Shown here piece by piece: positions 36,788 to 51,800 of a DNA stretch of 64,000 nt. The first letter of the stretch is position 1. Every line of letters starts with the position of its first letter. Source of the stretch: Octopus vulgaris (lineage: Eukaryota); assembly GCA_951406725.2 (NCBI GenBank), contig OX597814.1, positions 135,532,001 through 135,596,000 of the forward strand, read 5' to 3'. Below the pieces are notes generated by a model. The model saw only the letters and a list, made by a program, of their open reading frames with translations. It was not told the DNA's origin and did no database searches. A program made the translations under genes and the position numbers.

Positions 36788-39700
36788 CTGGAAATGATAA
36801 TAATAATAATTAATAATGATAATAATAATAAAAATTAACAATAATAATCCTTTCTACAATAGGCACAAGGCTTGAAATTTAGGGGGAGGGGGGACTAATC
36901 GATTACATCGACCCCAGTGTTTAACCGGTACTTATTTCATCAGCACCGAAAGGATGAAAGGCAAAGTCAACCCTAGCAGAATTTAAACACAAACTGTAAA
37001 GACAGACAAAATGCTGCTAAGCATTTTGCCTGGCATGTTAATGATTCTGCCAGCTTGTCAGTTTAATAACAATAGTTAATAAATAATATTAATAATAGTT
37101 AATAAATAAACAAGTTAAAATTATGGCATACTAACAGTTACCTACAGCATAACTAGCAGGCTGATATGATGTCACTGTATTGGCTAGACTATCAGATGCT
37201 GCTATACATTGTTGGTCAGAATGCACTTCCTTGTATTGTTATAACTTTCAAATGATGCTACCCCAGTAGCTAAGTGGACAGGCCAACATTATCTCTGAAT
37301 GTAGCACAAGTCACACACTGGGTTATCCATTTATAGCTTAGTGGATTGAAGTGTTTTGTTCAAGAACACAACCATTCTGAGAATCAAAACTACTATCTTG
37401 CAATCATGTGGACAGCACCCTGACCACTAGACCGTGTACTTGTATATATAAGCTAGGAAATATTTTCCCCCTTCTTCAGTCCAGACATGTTTTCTTGGAA
37501 GATTGCAAACAAAATGTCATCACTTGTGTACAACAGTGACACTTGTTTACAATTAGTGTACAATGTCAAAACAACATTCACACATGACAGGCTTCTTTTT
37601 AGTTTCAACCTATTAAATTTGCTCTCAAGTTTTTAGTTGGCCCTTTATGCATGTGTATGTGTCGGCAATGAATTTGCATTGACTACAATGCCATGTGTTC
37701 TGACTCTCTGTTCTGAATTTAGATCCTGTGGAGACCAGCTTTGTCTTTATTACTTTCAGAGTTGATTAAAAAGACTACTAATCCAGGGTCAGGATATGAC
37801 AGAGATGTTGCAATGAAATATGACAGAGAGGTGTAGTATTGAGATATGGTAGGCCGTTTTAGTGAGGCAATGGGATATCTTTGGGACACAGCAGTGAGAT
37901 ATGATAAAGAGATGACAGATAGAACAGAGAACTAAAAAATAATAGGCAAAGGGATGTAGTAAGTAAATATGAGAAAAAACCCTTGTATTATGTTCCCAAG
38001 CAAAATGTCACACTATACTTGGTCCAGTTTGTACTGATCAGGTCAGGCTCTACTCCTACACAATGGTTGAATAGTAAGTGGACAGTAGCATAGTTAGTTG
38101 GGGTGCAAGGAGTGGCCATTTGTTCAGCTAATGCTTTTATGGGGGGAAACTTTTTGGTCTCCTGTATAACTGTATAGGCTTGGGGTTTGGTTTGGGAGGT
38201 GGGAGAAAAACTTAAGGGCTGTTCTGAGTGGCACACTTTAGCTATTCCACTGTAAACAGTTTTCATAAAAAAAATATTCCACTTACAACTGGAGAAGACC
38301 CATGAAGCCAAGAGAAATTGTAGTTGTGGTCAATGCTGGTGTCACATAACTGGCACCTGTGCTGGTGGCATGTAAAAAGCACCCTTTGAATGTTGGGTCT
38401 CACAGAGGCAATGATTAATGACAAACCATTGGCGATTTGCTGTGCTTGAGAAGACCTGCCAAGCCAAGTGAAATCATAGTCGTGGCTGATGCTGGCATCA
38501 CATAACTGGCACCTGTGCTGGTGGCATGCAAAAAGCACCCATTACACTCTTGGAGCGGTTGATATTAGGAAGGGCATCCAGCCATAAAAACCATACCAAA
38601 TCAAATTGGAACCTGGTGCAGCCATCCAGCTTATCAGTTTCAGTCAAACCGTCTAACCCATGCCAACATAGAAAGCAGACACTAAATGATTATGAGGATG
38701 AATAGCAGGAGAAAGTTTTTTTTTTTTTTTTTGTTGCTTACCTCCAAGTAACATTTCTTGAAGAAGATTGTCTATTTTAGCTACCCCAAATATTTTGGCC
38801 ATCTGAATTTGTTCTATCATCTGCCAAGTTATGCTCTGTAAAACAGGTAAAATAAGCAAAATTTCTCCAAATCGACCACGGCATTCATATTGTCTGTCAT
38901 TGATATAATCTTCAAGATTCACTTGAGCTTGGCATCGATACGTTTTTATTCGGTGGCTGTCAATTAAACCTCTGGCACCTAACAAAGAAAAACATTGATT
39001 AGGTTATTGAAGACAGATAAATGATTACGGTTTCAAATTTCGGAATTTATCCAAACAAATGTAAATACAAATTTATACGAAAAACAATGATTTGATAGAC
39101 AGAAACTAAAAGAAGCCTGTCGTGTGTCTGTGGCATGGGTTAGACAGTTTGGCTGGAAAAGCAGGTCTTTTTTTCTTCAAAGCTTGGTTCAAATGCTTTA
39201 ATTGCTGACAGTAGACTTGAGCATTGATTGTTGCATTAGGTAGTAACAATTCAAAGTAAATTACTCCTTTGCAATCCCACCAGATAGAAAGAAGAACCGT
39301 TTTCCCATGAAGTTCCCTTCTCAGTTGTGGTTGAACTTTTTCCCTTTTACCAAGCCACTGTTTACGATGTTTAACATTTTGGTAGAAGATCCATTTTACA
39401 TAACCAGTCACAAGTCTTTCCAAAAAGGGTGAAATGAGTTCACAAGAATGGCAAGAAGAGCAGATGTCAACTCGGGATTTGCTGTTGCTTTCGGAAAATT
39501 CATGAGACACCCATATTCCAAGTTTAGGAACCTTTCCAAATTGTTGAAGATGACGATGAACAGTTGTATGGTTTGAAGTAAGCTTTATTGCCAATTCTTC
39601 AACTGATAATGCAGGATTTTCTTCAAGTAATGCCTCAAGGAGCTTATCAAACTCAACTGGATGTCCTGTTCAATTTTCATCTTCAAGGCTGAAATCTCCA

Positions 39701-40100
39701 CTTCTGAATTTTGCAAGTTCTTTCATTCAAGCATTCTTTCCCATAAACTGAGTGTTTGTTTCGAGTCACTTTGGCTGCAGAGTTTCCTTTTTTGTACTCA
39801 TAAAGCATTATGTGCCTTAAATGCTCTTTGGATACTTCCATGTTAGAAAGGGTTTTAATCAAAGAAGTTTGAATTCTATTATCTTGTAAAATATTTTTAC
39901 AAGGCAAGGAGTTGGTGTCTCCTTGCATTGACATTGCCTGATGGTTGAGCACAAGTGTCACTGTCATACAGTATGTCTGTCCATTGGGAAATATTACCTT
40001 ACTTCGCAACAGGAAGGACATCCAATCATAGAAAATCTGCCTCAACAAATTCTGTCCAACCCATGCAAGCATGAAAAAGTGGGCATTAAAACATTAAGAT

Positions 40101-40147
<47 letters not shown>

Positions 40148-43100
40148 GTGGATACAGGTAGTTGTGTGCAACTGCATAACCTAAACAATATCACTAAATA
40201 CAGAAGTCATTTGCATGATCATTTATGACAAAATATAACTAATTTCTATCCAAGTTTAAATTATAAATTTCTGAAAAGTATTGTCAAAACTAGACTCTTT
40301 AGAAAGTTTTATTTTGACTAGGAACAAACATCCTATATTTTAGGAATAGGAAACTGGTATTAATAGCATTCATGTCTTCCCCCAAGGATATCAGTAAAAG
40401 GAAGTGAAACAGCAAAAACCATTAATCAAAATTGATTTCATGATCTTGCTCTGTTTGAGAGAATGTCTTTGAAAAGGTCCAGGATAGTGGAATGCATTTG
40501 GTTTTCTCACTGCTTGCTGCTGGGGTGATTTTTTTTGTGTCCCTCTGATATTGTGTTTTTTAATACAGGGATAAGATGTTATCTCTGGACAAAAACCACA
40601 ATAACTAGCCTATCAATGGTGTATATACATTATGTATGATACATAGATGGCTATTTTAATAAAATAGTAAAATGGCTCATGGAAATATACCTTGAAATGA
40701 CCTTATAAAAAATAGAGCTATTATTTTACCTGGATCAAAGAATATGATTCCTTTAAGACATGCAAATTCCGAGTCATCAATCTCTACTTCTTGCAAAGGC
40801 TTTACAATTTCATCAATCACTCTGCCACAAATATGTGACATTTCAGTATTTGCTACATGTCGAGAAATCACAGAATCATTTCCTAGAAGTAATACATCTT
40901 TCAGTTGTAACGAACGTCTGGCAACACCTAACAGAAGGTGTTCTCCTGCATGAGCCCGTAATAAAGCTACCTAAAGGAAGAAAATAATGGAAATAAAGCA
41001 ACATTCAGATTGGTTTAGAAGGTTTTAGAAGTCAAATCATGTATTAAATACATCCATTTTAGTGCTATTGAAATTATACATAGCCTTTTAAGAGTCTCAC
41101 AGATAGTAAATGTTTCAGGGTAAAGCATGACTGATAGAATTGTACAGGCATCATAAGAAAAGACTTTTCAAGTACTGCATTGAAAACAAGTTAGCTTGAA
41201 AACTTTGCTTCTTTCCAAGCATTGATTTTTATAGCAGCTATAGCTTTATCCAGCAAACACAAAGAGTTAATCTTTTGAATAGCTAGACAACATCTTAACT
41301 GTTCTAACTCTTCATCTAGAAGTTGAAAAATTAGCAACTTCTTGAAAGTGGTGAATTAAAGTGCAACAGTGCATGTTTCATTGCAACTAGAAATCTTTAC
41401 ACAAGGTAACAAGTTCTAAATGTGAGTTTTACAAACCAACTAACAGCATGGCCACTGAGCTATTCCATTGTCCTTTATGATACATAATATGTTATAAAAT
41501 TTGAAATAAAACATATTGGTTGGTACCAAATGTATCAAGACCATGATTGACCAGTGTAAGCATTATAATATTGGCTGGCCTTGCATCCTTGGGTATGGTA
41601 ACAAGACAAAATCATTGGTACAGTATCCTTTCTTTTTTTTATTTAAAAAGAGCAATGAATAGTTCACAAGCTGCTAGATTTTTAGTCTCAAATTTTAAAC
41701 AGTCAATCATTCCTTTTGTATTTATTAATAACATTATAATTAAAGTAAATCTGTTTTGAAAGTGGCTTCAAAGAAGGCTGAAACTAATTGAGTTAAAGTA
41801 TGTATTACTACTCGTTAGGGTCCATAGTCAAGCATTATTGATGCAACAACTAAGGTAACAGAGGAGGTCAACAGGGACTGACATTAGTTCATAAGATATT
41901 TTATGATAATTTTATGTGGACTGCTCATCTACCTGATCATCTAGTTGTAGTTCTCCAAAACATGGAATGTATTTTGCCCATTCAACTAAAACCAGGAGTT
42001 GCTGTTTCATGGACTCGCAGACATCATTTGGTGTAGCGATCTTTTTTGTTGCTAAGTTATCTGTGTTTGGTTGACTTATTACCTGTAACAGAAATAGGAA
42101 AACAATTATTTCTGATCTAATGAGTTGAATAATATCTTGGTTTTCAAAAACAATATTATATCTTGTAAGCAGTTAATTTCATCTGGTTGGAGTATTTTAT
42201 ATGTTAATCTTCTTGAAAGTTTTAATTTATGATCATCAATCTTAGGGTAACACTCATTTTCAGTTGTAGGTAATAGTCTAGGACAAAATCCAGTTTGAAT
42301 TACAATTGGTATCACAAGATCTAAACACATGACCTTGTAGTCTATAGCAAAACAAAAGATGAACCGCTCATCATTAATAAGAAAATAATTTTGTTCTGAA
42401 TAGTTAACATCTTTTTTTAACTTCTACACCTACCATTCAAATTCTGAACTATGTATATAAAATAAATGTTGTTCGGTTGACTGTCAAGACTTTATTATTC
42501 ACTTACAGTTTTTAAACATTTACTAGTACTCAACTGTTTTCTCAAGTCTCTGCAATTCCCATGTCTTAGCATTTTGCTAAGTATACTACCCCAATCAATA
42601 TTGACATCAGACCACTTTTCTATGCCATACCCATTCCCCTTGTTTCATCTCCCAGATCCTGCAATAAATACTTTTCCCATCTGACAGGAAGTCCCACTGC
42701 TAATCTGTGATGATTCAAATTTAATTAATTTTAACTACCCTAACCTTGCCTGGTTATTCCTATGTTTCAATATAACGAACCCAGAAGTTACAGACACTAC
42801 TCTTGCTCCTCAGATTAATGAATAATAATAATTTTAAAAATCTCCAGCTACTTAATTTCACATTGGAAGCCTGTCTAGTGTTTCAAATAATACTCACTTC
42901 TCTTGACATTAACTCAGCATTTAAAAGTGAAGAAATTGATAAAGATGAGCTGGTGCCCAGGTCTTCATAACTTGTTCGCCGAATGCTGATGCGATCTCTC
43001 TCATTCTGTACCGCTTCAAGAGACAAGAAATTATGCAAAACTAGAGATATGCAATAAATTTAGATCATGTTTAAAACCATTTTTTAAAATTCTATGATAG

Positions 43101-46100
43101 GCAGAATAAATTAGGAGACAAGTAATTATTGAAAATGTTCTATTTAAAAAACAAATAAAAAGACAATCACCATCTTACAGATAATCTGACAAACATGGGA
43201 TTAAACATACTTGATTTACACATAGAGAATAGTAAATATTGGCAAAACTATTAAGGTACCAACTTATTAACCACACGATCAAGGTGGCTTACAATATTTG
43301 TGACGATTCTCTACATTCTGAGTTCAAAATCATACCATTATTTCAGAGTCAATGAATAAAATACCAGCGAAATACAGAAATTGATCCTCTCAGTCTCTTT
43401 CTCTCTCTGTGTATATATAAGTTATAAGGAAGTCAAACCAAGTGATATTTTTTGAAAGTGTTTAATATGAATGTTTCAGGTCATTGTGCAATATAGAGTA
43501 GGAAATATATCCCTTACACAAGACCTTCCTCAGTTAATACATTTCAAAATCAGTCTCTCTCTCATATGTATATATAAATTGGCTATGTGAAGTGGGTACA
43601 AAAGGAGTACTTACATTATGGCCCCACCAATCCTATCAACCACCACTATGAGGATAGGATACAGCAAAAAAGAACCAAATGGTTCATAGTTTGTATACTA
43701 TTACTACTGCTACTACTATTATGTTGTGTCTCTAAGGCATTTAACCCTCAACAGCCCAGGAACTGTTTAAGTGTTGAATGTGTCATTAGCATATAGTGGT
43801 GAGCTCAAATTCTTTATATAATATAGAGAAAACAAAAATAAAATAAATAAAATTATGCCGCTGTAACCTTCATTGAACTAATATCTGAAGATAAATGCTT
43901 CATTAATGAATGTGTGTGTAAGAGAGAGAGTGAGAGACCATTTGTTGAAGAGGTCTATTACGACTGAAATGTGTCTAGAGTTGTCTCCCTTACTTGCCAA
44001 AATAACATTAGTAATTGAGCTAGGTTTTCTTTTTTCAATACATAATCCTTTTTAATTAGATTCTTTGATGCTCACTACATTATGTTAAAATCAATTTGAC
44101 TATTGTTTCCCATTATGATGGCATCTATGAGTAACTTTTCCTCAGAGATTTATTTTTTAAATATTCTAAATATTTTTGAAATGCTGACACAATGCTGAAT
44201 ATCTATAAAGTGATTCTCCCATTGCTACATCAGCAATTATGGCAATGTTTATGTTCACTAAGGAGGTCTAAACTGAAACATATTTGAAGTTGTCTCCCAT
44301 TCTTGATGAAATAGTTACAATAATGTCCCAAAGATAATATTGTCTTTCCTTAATGCAATGAACATTAACTAATCTAGTTACAAATATATAGAAGCATTAA
44401 GTATGATAACACAAGAAATTGTTTTTCTCTGTGTAATTAACTTTAGTGAATTATTTTCTTTCAACAAACTATCATTATCAATATATTAAAATACTCTTTT
44501 ACATGCCTGCTTGGGGCAGACAGAATTTGTTGAAGTAGATTTTCAAAGTAGATTCAATAATGTCAACACATGCAAATATGTATAAGCAACCTACCTTCTT
44601 TCCTCATTCCAGCTCGAAAACATTTCCTCAGTCGACAGTAGCGACATTGGTTTCGTTTATCCTTATCCACAACACAGTTTCGAGCAAAGCGACATGTATA
44701 CACATGATTTTTTCTCACACTTCGTCTAAAAAATCCTTTACAGCCATCGCAGCTGGAAGCGCCATAATGTTTTCCAGTAGCTCGGTCTCCACAAATTGCA
44801 CAAAATTGACTGACATTGACTGCTGGCAAGTTTGATGCAACTGACTGAATAGAAGATCCAGAATTCAAAGTTGGTATGCCATTTAAAAGTTGGCTGTTCA
44901 TATCTGGAGAATCTGAAAAAATTAAAAGCAAAGAAACAATATATATATAAAGCTCAATGTGGGTGCTAGGGAAAATATGAGATAGTTGTTGCTATTGTTT
45001 AAGTTCAGTTCAACTATGACAGACCTATTACCAGAGGTATTCCAGTCATGACCATTCCGTTCATATAGAAAAGACAAAAATAAAATAAATAAAATGCCCC
45101 TGTAACCATCATTGAACCAATATCTGAAGATAAATGCTTCATTAATGAAGATGGAGAGAGAGAGCCCATTTACTCTTTTACTCTTTTACTTGTTTCAGTC
45201 ATTTGACTGCGGCCATGCTGGAGCACCACCTTTAGTCGATCAAATCGACCCTGGAACTTATTCTTTGTAAGCCCAGTACTTATTCTATCGGTCTCTTTTG
45301 CCGAACCGCTAAGTTTAAAGCTAAAATATGCCTTGAACTGTCTCCCTTACAATATTATAAAATATGTTCTTTCTGATTTTTAGAATGAAAGTGATTTGAG
45401 GGAGATTTGACTTATTTGCAGTAATTGGTATTTATGTGATTTCAGCAGAATATAAAGTAAATTTAAGCATAGCATGGTGTAAATACACACACGCAAAGAA
45501 ATAGAAAACAACAAGAGAAACTGAATTCTGTAAAGCTTTTGGTCTAGTTTTATCATTCTTGTCAATTCAGTCAGTTCTCCAACCTAAAGTACTTTATACT
45601 CTAAGATTCATACTCCTCACTGTTCAAAATCAAGTCAGTAGTTGTTAATACAATATTACGAGTCAACCTTTCTCTTTTCCTAGGAGGAATAAGTTGAGAA
45701 GGCATTTTCCAAGAAATAACACACAACACCATTCCTTCTCCAAGTCAGCTGCTGTAGTTTTCCAATTAGGTTAGTTGTGCTATTCCCTGCAAAAGTTTGG
45801 TCTAGAACCTAAACAACTGAAAAAAACCGCTAAGGAGATATGTACAAGGGGGTGCTGAAAAGTTTCTGGCTTTAAGGGTATCACAAAAGACCTGGTTGGA
45901 GGTCCAGACTTCTGAGTTTTTTTTACAAGGCTTAGAAAAACTGAAGGATCACTGCAATAAGTGTCTGAATCTGAGATGGGGAATATGTTGAATAAAATAA
46001 TAACTAATCTTCCTGTATTTCCTTTTACTAAAAGTTGGGAACTTTTCAGTATCCCCTTGTATGAAAACTTGGTACTTCTTTTTATCTGTTTATTATGAAA

Positions 46101-48716
46101 AATCTGTTTAAATTATTAATCCTGCTCAATTCTAAAAATGATTAGAGTGAGAAACGATTCTTTTATTGATCATCTCTAAAATTATTAGTTTTGGCTTAGA
46201 AGCTAGAATGTCATTAGCATTCTTATACTATAACAAATTCAGTCATGTGTCCCCAATGAATATATATCACTCATGCTGACTCAATTCAAATGTTTGGTGT
46301 ATCAAGAAGTACTGTCTCGAAAGTAATGTCAACCTTTGAAAAAGAGGGAAAAACCTCCTCGTTGAAACAAAACTCTGGAAGAAAACCAAAACTTTCAGAT
46401 AGAGACTGTTGGACTCTTACATTTTTAAAAAGGATCACAAAAGTACAGCTCCCAAAATTACTGCAGAGCTTAATGACCACTTCAAGAACCCAGTTTCCAA
46501 AAAAACTGTTCACCAGGAGCTGCACAAAGCCAGATCTCACAGGAGGGCTGCAATCAGAAAACCACTACTTTCAAAAACAAACATTGCAAAGCATCTAGAG
46601 TGGAGTAAAAACCTACAGAATTGGTTCCTAGAGCAGTGGAAGAATGTTATTTTCTTAGATGAGTCATCCTTTACCTTATTTCTGACCACCAGCCAAGTAT
46701 ATGTGTGGAGACAGCCAAAAGAAGCATTTGACCCAGACTGCCTTCTTCCAACTGTTAAACATGGAGGAGGATCTGTGATGATCTGGGGCGGGGGGGATAT
46801 CTTGGGAATCCGCCAGCCCAATGGCTTCCCTTCATGGCAGAATTAATAGTCAAGACTATTTAAGCATTTTATCTGATCAAATTTATCCTATGGTTACGGA
46901 ACTGTTTTCAGAGGGAAATGCAACCTTCCAGGATGATAATGCACCAATTCACATAGCTAAAGTTGTTACTGAATAGCACGAGGAACATTCTAGTGAAGTT
47001 GAATGTAATATCTGGCCACCACAGTCCCCAAATCTCAATATTATTGAATATTTATGGTGCATTTTAGAAAAACAAGTAAGGAGTCGATATCCTCCACCAT
47101 CATCACTACAAGAACTGGAGACTGTTTTAGCAGAAGAATGGACAAAAATTCCTTTGAAAACAATTCAAACTTAATACGAGTCCATACCTCATAGAATTCA
47201 AACTGTAATTACTGCCAGAGGTGGTCCTACCCCATATTAAAATAAATTTGTTTGAAATTTTAAGGTGTTTCCATTATTTTGTCCAACCCCTGTATATTCT
47301 CATCCAGGCAACTCAATCAGTTTGATCACACCTCATTCCCACAATTTAATGCAAAAACTTACATGAAATTTTTTTACAAATAATAATTCTGATTAAAAAA
47401 TAAGATAAAGTTCTTTTCTATTCTAAAATGTACACTCCTTCATTTTCTACAATGCTCTTCCATCTATCTGGTAGACTTGCAAGACCCATCTTCCAAACTT
47501 CACTTATCCATGACAAAAAATACTCCTGCAGTTCTGTTCTGACCTCGTCTACAGAATTCATATTTTTTTCCGTCCAAATGATTTTGAAGACTGCGGAATA
47601 AATAATAATCAGATGGGGCAATGTCCTACAAATATGGTGGGCGGGGCATCGTTTCCCATTCATACTGCTCAAGCCTTTGGAATGTCATCCTTGCTGTATG
47701 TGGCTGAGCATTATCCTGATGGAAGAACACCTTTCATTTTGAAACCAAAGTTGGTCATTTTTTTTTTCTAGTACTGACTTAAGCTGCTTGCAGTAGATCT
47801 CCTTTGTTATTCATTTGGTTTGTGTTTAAAATTTCAAAGTAGACTAAACCTTTTATATCCCACCAAAAAGATAAAAACACCTTGCAGGGGTGAAGACCTT
47901 TAACCAGGGATGCCAGTATTTCTCCTCTCCCTACCCACTGTCTTTAGTGCTTGACATTTTCAATAGAGAACCCATTTCTCATCACCAGTTACTCTTTGGT
48001 CAAAAAAAAGGTTCATTCATGAAACATGGCAGCAAAGAAGAGCACACATTCACTTGCTGAGTGCAATTAGACTCAGAAAGTTTGTGTGGAACCCATTGAC
48101 CCAATTTCCTGACTTTTCTGATGGCATGCAGGTGTCAATGAATGGTTGAATGATCAAATCCAAGCTTCTCTGCTAGTTCCTCCATGGGATTTTGTTCTAC
48201 CAGGGTTTGCAGGATATCCTTGTCAGGCTCTACAGATCTTCCATGATGATGCTCATCTTCTAGGCTGTAGTTTCTGGCTCAGAATTTCTGTTGACATTGG
48301 CTTATGCTTATTGTCCAATCCCCATATACTGCATTAATATTCCTCGCACTTTCCATTGGGTTGCTGCCTTTATTGAACTCATAAAGCAAAATATGCTGAA
48401 TATTCTGCCTTGTCTCTTCCATTATAGCTTTGAAAAAATAACTGCTAAAATCGAACTGCACTCTTCAAAACTTGCACTAAGAATAAACACAAGGTAAAAT
48501 TACTACCTGCTTTTATAGTTGATGCAGGTAGTTTATCCTGTCCCCCTCCAACTTTTAGTTCATGCAATTGAAAAAATGGCATATTAGGTAATAATCCAAT
48601 TATATAACCTTATGCTCATCAGAGTTAGCCAATATGGAAAGGAATATGGTAACTGCTCTCTATTTTCGGAGGTGGATTAACACAGCCTGTAAGCAGCAGC
48701 TAGATGACTTGTGAAC

Positions 48717-48763
<47 letters not shown>

Positions 48764-48773
48764 CACATGCGTT

Positions 48774-48807
<34 letters not shown>

Positions 48808-51800
48808 TAAACATTAAAATAAATGTGCAACGTTTCATTTGCAAATATTGAGTGTTAAATCAAAGTAAAATCTGCAAAATGGTAAGACAAAGAAGTCCTT
48901 ATGAGGTTGTTCAATCTGCTAGAAACAGCAGCCCAACACTTCCCTCAAATCCCACCATACAATCTTAAATAATGAAAAGATATATTGGATAATATAGTTA
49001 TAGCTATCACTAATCTTTTACTTATTTCAGTCATTCAACTGCAGCCATACTGGGGCACCACCTTGAAATTTTAGTTGAATGTAGTGACCCCAGTAGTTTT
49101 TATTTAAAGCCTGGTACTTATTCTATTGGTGTCTTTTTGCTGAACCACTAAGTTACAGGGATATAAACACACCAGCTTCAGTTGCCATGTGGTGGTGGAG
49201 AGACAAACATAGGCACAAAGACAAACACACACATATACACACACAGATGCATACATATACATACACACACACACACATATACAAACATGCGCAGACAGAC
49301 AGACAGACACACACACACACAGAATGGGCTTCTTTCAGTTTTTCATCTACCAGATCCACTCAAAAGGCTTTGGTTGGCCTGAGGTTATAGCAGAAGACCA
49401 GAACCATGTTGTTGGGAAGCAAGCTTCTTACCACACAGACACACCTGTGCCTCATTAAAAAAAAAGTTTTAAAAATGATGGGATTGTTATGACAAGAATA
49501 TCATTGATTATAAATCTGCTCAATCAAAGCTGAGCTGATCTGGAGTTGAACAATAACGAATTCATGAAAAATGCTAAAATTACATTATATTTTTAACACC
49601 ACTTCCTTCAAAGAATTCAAGAGTATGAGCACAAATATGTGTATGAATATGATGTTGAAAATAATTGCTATAACTAATTAAAAAAAAAATTTCTATTGTT
49701 TCCAAAGTTTGTTGATTTCATTTCTTTAAATTTTTTAAATCTATTTTTCTTTAAATATTATACTCTTCAAGCTGTTTCACTGATGCAATACAGCATCAGA
49801 CAGAGTCTATAAGCTTGAAAAACATAATGGAATTTTAAACTAAATTTAGTTATAGACATGTTTTCAGTACAATATCCTTAGGTAGAGAAAAAGCAGCTGC
49901 TTCTTCATGTATTACACACACACACACACACAGACACACACAATCATTAAATTCATACATCAAAGTAGCTTCATTCAAACCAATATCTGTGTGAGAATTC
50001 AGCTAGTTTATGATACTAACAGAACTTATTTCCTTTCACTCATTCCATTTCTTGTTGAAATGAAAAAAAAAAATGCTTTGAAGGGGGCGTGGACTACAAC
50101 AAATATACTTGGCTTCAACCTTCAACAATTGATCTGCTAGAAATAGCAACCATATTTCACTAAAATCCCATTATCTTATCAAAAAAAAAAAAAAAAAAGG
50201 AATGACAAATTAGATAATGTAGTCTGAAATAAGCTCCACTTGAAAAGCTGGGATGGTCATGGCTAGGAAGCCTTTGATTAAATGCTTAACCTATAGTTAC
50301 ACAATAACATCAGCACCACCATCGCCAACAATACAAGGCTACAAATTATGAAACTTTTTTTTCTTTTTTAGTGTCTAGAAAATATCAATTCAAAACAACA
50401 TTGTGTTTCTTTCAGTAGGGGGAGTGACCAATGTTAACCAACAAAATAGATCAGTAATATTACTAAAACCTAATAGTTAATTAGAAAATAGAGGCAGAGA
50501 TATTTCCTCTCCTCAGATACTTCTAACAATCTTTCAAATCTCATAATAATGCTTCTAATATGTTTAAAGTATGTGTATAACTGAAACCACCCCTTCTAAT
50601 GCTTTCCCTAACAACTCAAAACTCAAATGGTCCCTAAAGGCAACTGATGAATTAACTAGCCTCTTATTCTAGCTACCTACTATGAAAATGTAAAATTGAA
50701 AGTGTAAAACAAGACAAGGGATGGAAGGCAGGGAAGGAGGTAGAGGAAGAACTGTTTATTAGTAAATTATTTTTTTAAACACTGAGATATTGGTCACTCA
50801 GCCTGCAGAAAACAAATCACAGTCACGCAACATGATCTTAAAAGCTCAATTGAACAATATAGTTCTCAATATGCAAATGATATTTTCATAGTCAGAACAC
50901 CATTAGTTTTATTGGACAACTTATCTGGAAATACACAGCAACAAAAAAGTTTACTTCAAACCGGCAAGGGAAAGTCTTGACATGGACACTTGACCTGCTA
51001 GATATAGCAGCCAAATTTCAATTTACATCCTATGATCTTAGGGAAAGACATTAGAAAATGTAGTCCTCTATCACACACACACACAAATAGATGAAATAAT
51101 GTAATGTTATCCTTACTGCAATGACTAGCAGAAAACTTTGCTCCTGTCATTTTTCCTAATAATAAAAGATGACATAGAATACAGCTTTAAATTTACAAGA
51201 GAAAAATTCATTAAAATTCCATGTACACTATAATGACCTCTACTCTTATTTACTATGTGTTTATTTATGAAATGAATAGTCAATACTTTTATAGACTATT
51301 TTGTTCAATCTGTTAAACCTTAGACTCATTCTACCTTAGACTTGTCAAAAAAAAAAAAAAAGAAAAAGAAAAGTTTACTGTAAGATGGATGTGAGACTAA
51401 TTTTGTAGTAGAGTGAAGTAGTAACAAATTTATTTAGGTACATATTACTGTTACTATTTTGTCAACTCTAGACTGATGAAAAAAGTTACTAGATACAGTA
51501 GAGAATTCAATATTATACTGTAACATCCACTATTAAATACATCCACAATATTAAATATTAAAAACATCCACAAAATAACTCTCCATCCCCTCATTATTTT
51601 GAAAATGTGTACAGATATTATGAAAATAAGGAGCTAGAAATGTCAGTATCTGACAAACATTTTCCTCTAGTATGACCAAAATGCTAAATTGGATGTCTTT
51701 TTGATCGACTGACTTATGATACACAAGCTACAAACAAAAGCTGTAACTTATGTCAGCTGATTTAATGGAAAGGACTTTTAGTTCAAATGATACTTCTGTC

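Noticed and set aside
49104-49390. CV/HT-repeat ORFs (also 22898, 54234-54552, 61832-62138)
   Set aside because: Translations of (CA)n/(TG)n microsatellites, mostly inside SINEs
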